Positions 30,832-40,852 of a stretch of 64,000 nucleotides of DNA are shown one piece after another (positions within the stretch are counted from its first letter, which is position 1; each line of letters begins with the position of its first letter). The stretch spans positions 768,001 to 832,000 of the forward strand of contig OZ241857.1 of NCBI GenBank assembly GCA_965203315.1. Direction: 5' to 3'. The notes beneath the pieces were generated by a model, which was given only the letters and a program-made list of their open reading frames with translations, had not been told where the DNA came from and ran no database searches. Both the position numbers and the translations under genes were made by a program. Source of the stretch: Nitrosopumilus sp. (GTDB taxonomy: Archaea > Thermoproteota > Nitrososphaeria > Nitrososphaerales > Nitrosopumilaceae).

Positions 30832-31929
30832 CTAAAACTGCCTCAGTACTTTGAAATGTGTATTGCGCTGGGCAGGAGTACGTCCTATCTCTTTCACCAT
30901 AGTTGCGAGCTCATCCACAGAAGAGGTCGTAGGCTTGCCTGCAGATCTATAGATCTCTTCTGAGAAAGCTGTACCTACAAGATCATTTCCGCCGTTCGAT
31001 AATGCTACCTGTGCTAGTTTCTTTCCATAGGCAACCCAATAGATAGAGATGTTATCTAGTATACCAGTAAGCATCAAACGACACAATGCAATAATCTTGA
31101 GATCATATATCGACGAGCATTCAGTGCTTACCAGATTAGTCTCTTCAAGTTCAGTATTGTCTAAACTAAACTTTAATGGAATCATTGTGATAAAACCACC
31201 CGTCTTCTTTTGCAGTTCACGGATCTTTACTAGATGATCAACGATATGTTCGTGTTTTTCTATATGACCATACAACATGGTTACGTTACTTTGGATTCCA
31301 ATATCGTGTGCTTCTCGAATTACGTCGAGCCACTCTTGTCCGGTACACTTGCCACGAACGATCTTGGAACGTATATCAGGATGAAAGAGTTCTGCACCGC
31401 CACCGGGCATAGAGTTCAGACCAGCAGCCTTGAGGCGAGATAGAATCTCTTTTGTAGAATTCTTTGTGAGTTTGGACAGATAATAGATCTCGGCAGCTGT
31501 GAGTGCCTTGATGTTTAGATCAGGATGACTGGATTTGATTGTGCGCATCATCTCTTCATAATATTCCAATCCAAGTTTAGGGTGAAAACCGCCCACAATA
31601 TGCACCTCGGTTGCCCCCATATCACTTGCCATCGATACACGAGTCTTGATCTCTTGTGGAGATAGCGTGTACGCATCATCGTCTTCATCTTTTCTGTAAA
31701 ATGCACACATTTGGCAGCTTGCAGCGCAAACGTTAGTATAGTTCATGTAGTACGATGCTGCAAAAGTTACGACATCCCCTACAGTTCTCCTTCGTACAGA
31801 GTCAGCAACTGCGCCCAAGATATGCAGATTATCATAATCTAGCAACTCTAATCCATCGTTAAAACTTAGTTCTTGTCCTGCAATTACTCGCTCCAATGCA
31901 ACAGAGTCTCTCGCTAGATCTCTTAACAT
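30832..31929 (-). CDS. Radical SAM protein, MqnE/MqnC/CofH family (probably aminofutalosine synthase)
   Basis: NYTNVCAASCQMCAFY, EVHIVGG, MPGGGAE, TMLYGHIE. Confidence 0.85.
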   Translation of the reverse strand: MLRDLARDSVALERVIAGQELSFNDGLELLDYDNLHILGAVADSVRRRTVGDVVTFAASYYMNYTNVCAASCQMCAFYRKDEDDDAYTLSPQEIKTRVSMASDMGATEVHIVGGFHPKLGLEYYEEMMRTIKSSHPDLNIKALTAAEIYYLSKLTKNSTKEILSRLKAAGLNSMPGGGAELFHPDIRSKIVRGKCTGQEWLDVIREAHDIGIQSNVTMLYGHIEKHEHIVDHLVKIRELQKKTGGFITMIPLKFSLDNTELEETNLVSTECSSIYDLKIIALCRLMLTGILDNISIYWVAYGKKLAQVALSNGGNDLVGTAFSEEIYRSAGKPTTSSVDELATMVKEIGRTPAQRNTHFKVLRQF

Positions 31930-32108
31930 AAAAGAGGTTAGTTAGATCTAGTGATATATTCCTTTGACTAGATAGTCTCCTGTTGCGCATCATTAACAAA
32001 ATCATCTCAAGTCTATTCGAGTACGATCTTGTCTAGGACAGTGTAGAGTTTAATATGACAACTATTGTATGGCCACACATTATTAAGAGTAGAATAACAC
32101 ATCAACAC

Positions 32109-32273
32109 ATGGTGCTACCTCTAGCTGATGAATCCAAGCCAAAGTGTTATCTATGTTATGAACGGTTTGACAACATAGATGATCTACGAGAGCATCAAAA
32201 AACCAAACACAGTGATATTGAATCACATGAAAAAACAAAAAAGTCTGCACCAGGAGATGTTACGATCTTTTAG
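32109..32273 (+). CDS. Small C2H2 zinc-finger protein
   Basis: CYLC..F.....L.EH...KH. Confidence 0.75.
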   Translation: MVLPLADESKPKCYLCYERFDNIDDLREHQKTKHSDIESHEKTKKSAPGDVTIF

Positions 32274-32730
32274 ATCTTTGTGCAATAGTCTTTGAGACTT
32301 GAGCTGGAATAAACTGATCATCTATAGACAATGCGCACTCAAAGTATTTTATAGCATCATCGATCTCTCCTGCCTCTCCCAAGGATAGACCTTTGTACTC
32401 TAGTGCCAAAATAGATCTAGGATCTAGTTTTAACACTTTGTCATAATATTGGATCGCAGACACGTACTTGGCTTGAGAGTGTAGTGCTGTTCCTTTGTTC
32501 AACAATGCAGTGTGATTATCTGGGTCGATCGTTAATGCCTCATCATACATTTGTATTGCAAGATCATATCTCCCCATACTTTGAAGTGTAACACCTTTGT
32601 CAATCAATGCGTGAACATGTTTAGGATCGGTGTCGAGGATCACATCATATAGATTAATTGCGAGTGTGAGATCGCCATCTTCAACGTGTTCGATTGCTCG
32701 AGACAGTAACGTATCGATCTCATCATGCAT
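32260..32730 (-). CDS. TPR protein
   Basis: Four 34-aa TPR units (KG..L...G.Y..AI..YD.AL..DP). Confidence 0.9.
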   Translation of the reverse strand: MHDEIDTLLSRAIEHVEDGDLTLAINLYDVILDTDPKHVHALIDKGVTLQSMGRYDLAIQMYDEALTIDPDNHTALLNKGTALHSQAKYVSAIQYYDKVLKLDPRSILALEYKGLSLGEAGEIDDAIKYFECALSIDDQFIPAQVSKTIAQRSKRS

Positions 32731-32769
32731 GTATTTGTTTACTCTAACAACAATAATAGATTTGCCACA

Positions 32770-32997
32770 CTAGGAAGAGTTACGATCTCTAGGATCAAGT
32801 TTAAGTGAATGTTCAAAGTATTCAATTGCCTCTTCATACCTACCAAGGCTACGCAGTACAACACCCACATTATTCCACAAGTCAGGATCAGATCTATTCA
32901 GAGATAATGCCTTTTCAAAGTATATCAAAGCCTGATCAAAGTCAGCATCATCTAGATATCGCTTTGCTTGACTTACTAGTTTGTCAATATTATCCAT
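32770..32997 (-). CDS. Small TPR protein
   Basis: Two TPR units. Confidence 0.85.
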   Translation of the reverse strand: MDNIDKLVSQAKRYLDDADFDQALIYFEKALSLNRSDPDLWNNVGVVLRSLGRYEEAIEYFEHSLKLDPRDRNSS

Positions 32998-33483
32998 ACA
33001 TCATCTACATAGGCAAAGTGAACTTGTCAATATTAAATTAGGTAATTGTAAAGCATACATCACATAGACAATATCGGTCGATTTGAGCAAAGATCTAAAC
33101 ATTAATGATTCATCAGCAAGATGGCATTGTCACGGACATTTAGGTCACATGTTAGATCAAGACGCGTATTCAAATATTCTAACATACAAAAAAATCACGA
33201 CTTTCCCATATACAGTGTATCTCATTTTCTGCCATACAGATTTGTCAAAAGTCAACATGCCAAAATATCAGAGTTATGACTGAGTCTTGTCATGCTTAAG
33301 TTACTTGCAATATATCTAGCACCAAGCAATAAAATTGTCAATCGCAGAGTAACATACCAATATAACTTAGTTTTATATTCACATGATCTACTGCATGTCC
33401 GCATCAGAGATTGTGTAAAAATTACAGTTCTATAACGAGTAGACATAAATTCATAATACAACAAGAGATCAAAGAATAGTGAC

Positions 33484-34047
33484 TTGAGAGTAGAGACCGG
33501 CACTTTAATCATATTTTTAGCAGCATTATGCTTGCTACTAGTCGATATGCCTGATTCTTATTCACAAGAGACGGCTGTGGACATCAGAGTATCGGAACAA
33601 GACAAGATTATCTGGATAACCGGATTTGGTATTGCGGTGATAGGTCTGTTTATATTTTTAGCCAGAGATATCATCTTACGGCGAAAGACGTCATACGATA
33701 CACAAGATTTAGAATCAAAGAAAGATAAGACGTTTGAAAAATATCACTCGGATTGGAATGATGATTATGAAGAGGTTGGAAAACGAACAAGTACAAAAAG
33801 AGATCAAGAGTTTCGTGACGCGATCAATAACGGCGATCTTCCAGATTATTACAGGATACTGGACGTAGAACCAGATGCAACACAAGAAGAGATTAAACAA
33901 AAGTTTCGATCAAAGGTAAAAGAGATCCATCCAGACAAAACACGTCAACAGACAGAAGAGGCCATGGCAGAACTAAATCACGCATACGAGATACTTTCAG
34001 ATGTAGACAGTAGAGCAAAATACGACAGATATAAGAGTCAGATCTAG
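33484..34047 (+). CDS. Membrane-anchored DnaJ-domain protein
   Basis: DYYRIL...EIK...HPD...N.AYEILSD. Confidence 0.9.
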   Translation: MRVETGTLIIFLAALCLLLVDMPDSYSQETAVDIRVSEQDKIIWITGFGIAVIGLFIFLARDIILRRKTSYDTQDLESKKDKTFEKYHSDWNDDYEEVGKRTSTKRDQEFRDAINNGDLPDYYRILDVEPDATQEEIKQKFRSKVKEIHPDKTRQQTEEAMAELNHAYEILSDVDSRAKYDRYKSQI

Positions 34048-34421
34048 CACACTCGTACAATCATCATGTTCAGTTGTATGTCGGCAGGAGTTTGAATCAT
34101 GTTTGTGAGATAAGCATAGATGTGAACTTGAGAGTCACCAGTGTTGGCAATTATGTGTAGCTCTTCAAATTCAGTATTTGGGCCAAGCATCTTGGAAGAC
34201 AGTTTTGAAAGTATCTTTAGTTCTGTGATCAGTCCACGCATCTGATATGCAGTCTTGTCTGTAAAGTAGACGCCGCCACGATTGGCAGGCCTGTTCATGG
34301 GCGTAGGAACATTATCAATAGTCGTTTGTGTGATACGATATCTTTGACCATCAAGATCAAGCACATAATTTACAAAAGATTCACCGACTAGTGAGTCCAA
34401 CAGCTTGGTGTCAACTGACAT
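34044..34421 (-). CDS. Hypothetical protein
   Basis: 125-aa ORF containing RGGVYF and MLGPNTEF segments. Confidence 0.7.
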   Translation of the reverse strand: MSVDTKLLDSLVGESFVNYVLDLDGQRYRITQTTIDNVPTPMNRPANRGGVYFTDKTAYQMRGLITELKILSKLSSKMLGPNTEFEELHIIANTGDSQVHIYAYLTNMIQTPADIQLNMMIVRVC

Positions 34422-34639
34422 TCAAATACAATATAGTAATAGTTCTTTTGTGTGTTTCTAGATGTAGATAACAGTCTACCTAGATAATTTTAGAGATCAT
34501 CTGTGTCAATTGCTCTTCAAATGTTTCGAGTTGGAGATTTATGCATACTAATGGACAACATAACCCAACGTATTTTGTATCCTAGTATTGTAACAGACAC
34601 GACATAAACTGTCATCAATTACAAAATGTATAGATCCAT

Positions 34640-35995
34640 TTGATCACCTTTAAAAATACCGTGTCTAGATTCAAATCATTGCAACAACTCGATAGCATTC
34701 ACCATATGAGAGATAGTATAATCAGCTTGATGGTTCAGAATGGTCTCGAGGACGACTGCTATATAGAGATGTTAGATTATGCTATCAATCTATTTGAGAG
34801 TCAGGGGTTTGGGACAGACTATTACGGATATCACAACATCAACCATGAACTAGAGGTCACATATACGTCGCTCTTGGCAGCAAATCAAGATCTGGTAAAG
34901 CTGAACAAGGACGACATAAAACATTTGTACATATCTGCACTGTTTCATGACTTTGACCCACAAAAGAATGTAGACAAGCCACATGAAGAGAGCGTAATAA
35001 AGACTATCTCGAGTGATCAAGAATTGCAAAGAATGCTCAAGAGATCAAAAACCGATTTAGAGATAATCAAGGTGTTGATTCTCAGAACAACGTATCCGTG
35101 GAGTGGTAAACTCAAAGAGAATGCAGAGTCACAAATTGCAGAATTCTTTAACAACTCCGATAGAACTCGAGATGACTCTGCATATCAACAGCATGTAATG
35201 GAGATGGGGTCTTATCTATCGATAGTGGATAGGATTAGTACGTACGCATTAGGCGACTTTAAGAAGGCTATGGAGATGGCAAAGATGAACGCACATGCAT
35301 TAGCATGGCGTCCATCAGTTATTGTACGAAATGCAGTAGCATATTTTGAAGACATATTAAACAAAGAACCAAAAATGTTAGAGGCAATATTAGATACCAT
35401 TCCGAAGAATATGCGAAAAAATTTTTTTGACACAGTCTTGTTGTTTATGAAATTAAGACAGCAAGAGATTGCAATTCAAGCAGACTATGTACATGAGAAT
35501 CTAAAGCTAGTACCTACAATCGAGAATATGTCGACCAGACAGGATCCAAAATTCATAGATACACTGTATCGTATATTTCTTGAACTGCCAACACCACTAC
35601 AGTTTGAGCGCGAAAACTTTGAATATACGATACGAGATCCAGAGAGGATCATAAACACGCTTCGTCGAAACGATCAAAATGGAAGGATCATCGGCTTTGC
35701 GAAAGGAGGTCCACTCGAAAAGTACAAACTACGAGATGAGATTCATGACGAGAATTATGGTGCGCATAACACCATATTTTTAGAACCGTTGGCGTTGACG
35801 ATGGGATACTGGGGACTGAAAGGAGGTAGTGAGATGCGACATTTGTTTATCATGCAGGCACATGCGCTAAAGTACAAATTCCTAACTAGTTTTGCACTAC
35901 GCGAAGTCATTCAGACAAGAGTCGACAAAGAAAAAGCCGAGTTTGTGACCAGATTCGATCCAGAGAGATGGGACTATTATCGAGTCAGACTCTAG
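34640..35995 (+). CDS. HD-domain protein (start possibly 34706)
   Basis: YHNINH, ALFHD, HEE, later D; C-terminal GNAT-like region is inference. Confidence 0.8.
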   Translation: MITFKNTVSRFKSLQQLDSIHHMRDSIISLMVQNGLEDDCYIEMLDYAINLFESQGFGTDYYGYHNINHELEVTYTSLLAANQDLVKLNKDDIKHLYISALFHDFDPQKNVDKPHEESVIKTISSDQELQRMLKRSKTDLEIIKVLILRTTYPWSGKLKENAESQIAEFFNNSDRTRDDSAYQQHVMEMGSYLSIVDRISTYALGDFKKAMEMAKMNAHALAWRPSVIVRNAVAYFEDILNKEPKMLEAILDTIPKNMRKNFFDTVLLFMKLRQQEIAIQADYVHENLKLVPTIENMSTRQDPKFIDTLYRIFLELPTPLQFERENFEYTIRDPERIINTLRRNDQNGRIIGFAKGGPLEKYKLRDEIHDENYGAHNTIFLEPLALTMGYWGLKGGSEMRHLFIMQAHALKYKFLTSFALREVIQTRVDKEKAEFVTRFDPERWDYYRVRL

Positions 35996-36136
35996 AACGA
36001 GGTCATAAACTTGATAGTATAAACTTGATAGTATAAAATGGACGACAAACGCATAAATTATTATCATTATTGATTTGCCAATTGGTTAAAAAAAATCAAC
36101 TCAAACCCGCTAATATGAGTAAAGACAGTAAAGAGT

Positions 36137-36280
36137 ATGACAATAGGATACTGTGTCAAGTGTCGCGACAAGCGAGATATCAAAGGCGCAAAACCCTACA
36201 CCATGAAGAATGGTAAACCGGCAGTCAAGGGAACATGCCCTACATGTAGCACTTCGATCTTTAGAATAGGTCGAGGATAG
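36137..36280 (+). CDS. DUF5679-like small Zn-ribbon protein (absent from ORF track)
   Basis: MTIGYCVKCRDKR...MKNGKPAVKGTCPTC...FRIG. Confidence 0.85.
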   Translation: MTIGYCVKCRDKRDIKGAKPYTMKNGKPAVKGTCPTCSTSIFRIGRG

Positions 36281-36294
36281 TCCACAGTGAGCAA

Positions 36295-36546
36295 TCAGTA
36301 CTGCCATCCATCATCAAGACCGTTCCAGAGTGAACGCATCGGGGACGGATCCTTGTTTATTTCTTCAGTTATCCTGTTCTTGAGCACAAAGAAAAAGTTC
36401 TCTAGAGCATCAAGACCACCATCAGCATACAACTCTTTACCAATCTCAGTGATTCTTTGTTGTTTTGTAGCAATCTGATCCGAGTCTGGGTCTTGCAGAC
36501 AAAAGGTCATTAGATCTATGAGCTCCTCTTCCAACATAAAGTCCAT
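36295..36546 (-). CDS. Hypothetical protein
   Basis: 83-aa ORF, IG.EL...GG...W.G...W pattern. Confidence 0.75.
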   Translation of the reverse strand: MDFMLEEELIDLMTFCLQDPDSDQIATKQQRITEIGKELYADGGLDALENFFFVLKNRITEEINKDPSPMRSLWNGLDDGWQY

Positions 36547-36642
36547 ATCTCCGAGAGTCAGAGAATCACTAATAACTCTAGTGAAAATTCGATACCGTCG
36601 AGGCTTGATTTAAAATCAAGATGTCTAGATATCGATAGTCGC

Positions 36643-36861
36643 TCAATCCCTAGATTGTATCTTTTGTATCTCATTTTGGATCTTTATGACATTCTGTTTC
36701 CAAATTGTCACCATAGACTCTTCATAGCGTATAGCGTCAACCATATGTGACGAGTTATCTCTAAGATCATAGAGTCTGCCAGTATGATACTGTAGCTTGT
36801 TAGTAGCAGTTGTTAATCGTCTTTGTTGAAACTCGAGAACTTTACGCGAGATTGCATTCAC
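36643..36861 (-). CDS. Hypothetical coiled-coil protein
   Basis: 72-aa helical ORF. Confidence 0.55.
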   Translation of the reverse strand: MNAISRKVLEFQQRRLTTATNKLQYHTGRLYDLRDNSSHMVDAIRYEESMVTIWKQNVIKIQNEIQKIQSRD

Positions 36862-36965
36862 ATATGATTATAACATAATGAGTCATAAATACTCTAATCG
36901 ATGTGTTGCCATCGTATAGAATATCAAGACATAGATCAGTCAAAATAAAAAAAGAAAAAAAGTGA

Positions 36966-38828
36966 TCACTGGAATGGATCGATAAACGGACAGTTCACTA
37001 TATGATCCGAGTTCATAGGCTTTGCAATATTGATCTCAACTAGACCATCTTGACGATAAGAGTTTAGATCGTCAATAGTTTCTAGCAACAATGCGTCACT
37101 TGGGTTATTCCAACTAGTCATGTAGATACGCCACATAGGCGAGTATGCATCGTCACCGGGTGCAGCGGCTGCAATTCCAGGTTGAAATCCTAGAGGACCA
37201 GAGCCCACAAGACCATTTTTGAATTGGAACAGATCTACAGCAGCTGAATTTGCAATCAAGTTTGCAGCACTAGGTGCGCTAACTACCCCCATCATCTTAG
37301 CAGGATCGCTAGGAGTTGCGTCTGTCACGATATAGTAGATTGTTGAACCGTCAGGACCCCAACCACGATGTGCGATAAAGGTCACGGTCATCTCATCTGT
37401 GTCGATATCGAGTACTTGACCACCACCATAAGGCGTATCATGTGCGAGTGTCTTGTCTTCTTTGACGATCATTTGACCATCAGGCCAAACGATCTGAGGC
37501 ATATTAACAACCACATCTGTCGATGTAAGCACAAGCTCACCAGCATCAGATGCTGCCATCACCATGTCAGCAGAGTTGAGAAGTCTAGGAGTTGCGTCAT
37601 CATTCCAATCTACTTGCACAATACGTGCTAGTGCACTATATGCCTCTTGAGCAGGTGTAGTTGTAAAGACTTCAGCTTGGAATCCATTTATGCCATCACC
37701 AGATATACCATCACTAAACAGGTATGCTGTAGATAAAGCAGAGTCTGGTGCAGATGCCAATGGTTTTGCGATCTCAACCTTCCAATCTTGTATTGCGGTT
37801 ATTGTGTCAGCTAGTTCTTTATCGCTTGCATCTGTGATGATATAGTATACACTATCACCATCATAGTAGCCAAGGTGTAATGGAATTGTTGCTGGTACAT
37901 TTGCTCTAGATAGTCGAAGTTCTAAAGATTTGTCATATTTTTTGTCCTTTCTGTCACTCATCATCTTGTCTTTCTTATCGTCCATCATCTTGTCTTTCAT
38001 CTTGTCTTTCTTATCGTCCATCATCTTATCTTTCATTGCGTCATCCATCATTGAATCCATTTCTTTGGCATTCATCACCAAGTCTCCCAATAGATAGAAT
38101 ACCTTCATGCAATCAGAAGTGTATGTTTGTTTGGACATCATATCCATATCTGGAGATAGCATCATCATGCCAGACATTTGACTTAGTGCGTCTGCCAGAT
38201 CTACCGAGATCTCGTTAGCAGTACCTTGTATAGTACAAGATAAAACGTCTTCGCTCATCATGTTGTCTCTCATTTCTTGCATTTTCGTCTTATTCATGTT
38301 ATCCATCATTGTGCCCGTCATGTTGTATTTCATCATGGACTTGTCGGCATCTTTTGTCATCGTTGTATCCATCATTGTATCCATCATATCTGATGAAGTG
38401 ATTCGGCTCAATCCATCACCCAATATCTTCAACACACTCATACAGTCTTCACTATATGACATGGTCTCTTCCATTGTCATATTTGGATTAGACTCCATCA
38501 TGCCACGTTCCATCATAGTATTATCTACCATACTACCTAGTGCCTTTGACAGAGACAGTTGAATGTCACTGCTTGTGCCTTGTATAGTACATGATAGAAC
38601 TCGATCAGACATGTCGGGTTCAGTAACAGGAGCTGTTGGAAAATACCTATTTGGATCTTGCGACCAAGCATCTCTGCCACCTTGAATCTCAGAACACAAT
38701 TGTACTCCACAGATATTCGAGTTTGCTGCACTAGCAACGCTTGTGGGCATGGCTAGTACTGCAATCAGAGGTAAAAGTGTCAACATTGCGATATACTGCG
38801 TTGTTTGTTTCATTAGATTAAAGCTCAA
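36966..38828 (-). CDS. Secreted Met-rich protein with two C-terminal repeated domains (DUF7482-like)
   Basis: Signal peptide, CGVQLCSE motif, Met/Asp/Lys repeats, two YYI.TDA...YS..W/AR...VNxP domains. Confidence 0.85.
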   Translation of the reverse strand: MSFNLMKQTTQYIAMLTLLPLIAVLAMPTSVASAANSNICGVQLCSEIQGGRDAWSQDPNRYFPTAPVTEPDMSDRVLSCTIQGTSSDIQLSLSKALGSMVDNTMMERGMMESNPNMTMEETMSYSEDCMSVLKILGDGLSRITSSDMMDTMMDTTMTKDADKSMMKYNMTGTMMDNMNKTKMQEMRDNMMSEDVLSCTIQGTANEISVDLADALSQMSGMMMLSPDMDMMSKQTYTSDCMKVFYLLGDLVMNAKEMDSMMDDAMKDKMMDDKKDKMKDKMMDDKKDKMMSDRKDKKYDKSLELRLSRANVPATIPLHLGYYDGDSVYYIITDASDKELADTITAIQDWKVEIAKPLASAPDSALSTAYLFSDGISGDGINGFQAEVFTTTPAQEAYSALARIVQVDWNDDATPRLLNSADMVMAASDAGELVLTSTDVVVNMPQIVWPDGQMIVKEDKTLAHDTPYGGGQVLDIDTDEMTVTFIAHRGWGPDGSTIYYIVTDATPSDPAKMMGVVSAPSAANLIANSAAVDLFQFKNGLVGSGPLGFQPGIAAAAPGDDAYSPMWRIYMTSWNNPSDALLLETIDDLNSYRQDGLVEINIAKPMNSDHIVNCPFIDPFQ

Positions 38829-38865
38829 GTATTACTTTAAAAACCTTTAGTTTAAACAGATCGGA

Positions 38866-39800
38866 TGTGAGATCCGTAAAGTAGTTTGCCCCTCGTTTGA
38901 TGAGGTATTCTTTTTACGAATCGTCGATTTCTACTACTTTTGGCGGTTGTTTGTTGATAAACGCTTTGTATGGCGTCTCTCTGATGTCAATATTGAGAGA
39001 CATGTGAATGCGTTCATAGTTGTACCATTTCATTGTATTTACTACAAACATGTCTACTGGATCACTTGTTCGTTGCATGTATCCTGCAAATACTGGAAAT
39101 TTGCGTTGAACTTCACCAAACAGTCTCTTAATCTTACCATTGGTTTGTGAATGATTTACGCTTCCAAGAATGTGCTGTATTCCTAGTTCTGTCAATCTCG
39201 CCTCAAACTTTACACTTTTTTTCTCGACTTTTGATTCGCTTGCACAGAATTGTGCTCTACGATCTGTAAGTATCGCAGACGGTTTTCCATGATTCTTTAT
39301 AGCCGTATCTAGTATTACGAGTGCGTTCTCTGTCGTAGCATGTTCAAACACACCATATCCAACTACAAATCGTGATGCGTCATCTTCGTAACATACAAGC
39401 CATCTACCATCATCTAGTAATTTCCATCCAGCATGCCATAGCGAATTAGAGAATTCGCAATCAGATCTTACCTGCTTGTGTTGTTTAGTTGGTTTGTGTT
39501 TAGATAGATTTTCAACTTGCAATATGTGACATGTGACACCGTAGGAAATATCTATTTCCAATAACGTCTTTCAGACACCAGGAATGCAATAATTGCAGAG
39601 CGGATGGACATCATAGGAAATATCTATTTCCAATAACGTCTTTCAGACCACATACATGTTGTAACAAAATATCTGCGCACATGCACAAGAGAACAGAATG
39701 ATCCGATCCATTTGAAAGACTCTTCCGGGATCTGTTCACGTGTGTTTGTACATCATCTGGTTCTGCATCTATCACGTGTATCTTGACCATCATCTTTTGA
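38866..39800 (-). mobile_element. Degenerate IS481-family element (partial transposase 38914-39561)
   Basis: LWHA, DDASR, LTD, QTNGKIKR, WYNYER; end TGTGAGATCCGTAAAGTAGT resembles 16851. Confidence 0.8.
39542..39652. repeat. 39-bp direct repeat (39542-39580, 39614-39652)
   Basis: TAGGAAATATCTATTTCCAATAACGTCTTTCAGACACCA occurs twice. Confidence 0.9.
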
Positions 39801-39811
39801 ATACAACGAAT

Positions 39812-39929
39812 GGATCTTTTCGGTTTACGTGGGATAACATTTTACAAGACTATTCTTGCTAAATTTTCTCTATGACCCCCATAGTGTTGTTTCTGTAACC
39901 ATTCTATCCCACGTAAACCGAAAAGATCC
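39812..39929. mobile_element. MITE family A, left copy of the composite unit
   Basis: Perfect 25-bp TIR GGATCTTTTCGGTTTACGTGGGATA. Confidence 0.92.
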
Positions 39930-40592
39930 ATTGATGGAACTCACTTTGAGACCGATATATCATCAGATGACGAGTTGGAAGAGTTGGCACGTTCGGGTAA
40001 ACTACGGAAACATACTTGTGTGATCGTACTACTAGTAAACAAGGAAAAGTTGATCCTAACTACGAGTCCACTATACTATGGTAGCATACATTGAGATGAC
40101 TATACTCAAAGAATGGAAATTGGGATTTGGTAAATGGGAGAAAAAGATGAGAGATCCATCAACTCCACGTAAAGAGAGAATAGAGCTGCATCAGGATTCT
40201 GCATACCAAGGTGGCGAGAGTGTGTTTCCGGGAACAAACTTTATCACACCATTCAAAAAAAACCTCGTGGCGGCGAGCTTACCGAAGAGCAGAAAGAGTT
40301 TAACCGAGATCACGGCTCAGAACGCGTAGTGGTTGAAAATTCCATAGAAATGATCAAGCAGTATCGTCACATGCGACAACAAATTGAATGTGTTGAACCT
40401 GATTTAGAAAAAAGAATCGAAGAGGTAGCAGCACTTGTAAATGCAGGCATATTATGGGACAAAAGACGCGATCGACCGACCAAGAGATTTGATAAGCTAT
40501 TGCGTGCATATCATCGGCGTGCCAACAAATTGAGAAAGAGATACGGCCAAAACATCACAAATGCAATACAGGATACCATTATTTGTTTATGA
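39930..40592 (+). pseudogene. IS5-family transposase remnant, 5'-truncated at the MITE
   Basis: IDGTH..SGKLRKHT..DSAYQG..R.VVEN; frameshifted paralogue of 19330-20493. Confidence 0.8.
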
Positions 40593-40852
40593 TTTACTAC
40601 ATTCCTGTACATTAACGCAACATTTTGACTGTATTTGCAAAGTTGAATGAGATATTCTAATTTTAGACACTTGTATAATGACGTTGACGCAATAACTTAC
40701 TAATTTCAACCAGCTTTGGTATCGTTGAAAACGACTAACACATAATGTCTAATATTGACTGTGATATCGTCTCCAAGACGTCACTTTTTCTCTATTTTAC
40801 GCCTATTTATCCGGCAGGACCTACTATTTTTATACTGTGAAGCACTGAACTT

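Noticed and set aside
36005-36037. 14-bp tandem duplication ATAAACTTGATAGT
   Set aside because: Two copies only, in an intergenic region, with no evident function
39542-39652. Repeat-spacer-repeat resembling a minimal CRISPR array
   Set aside because: Only two units, the repeat lies within IS481 transposase remnant sequence, and there is no leader or cas gene
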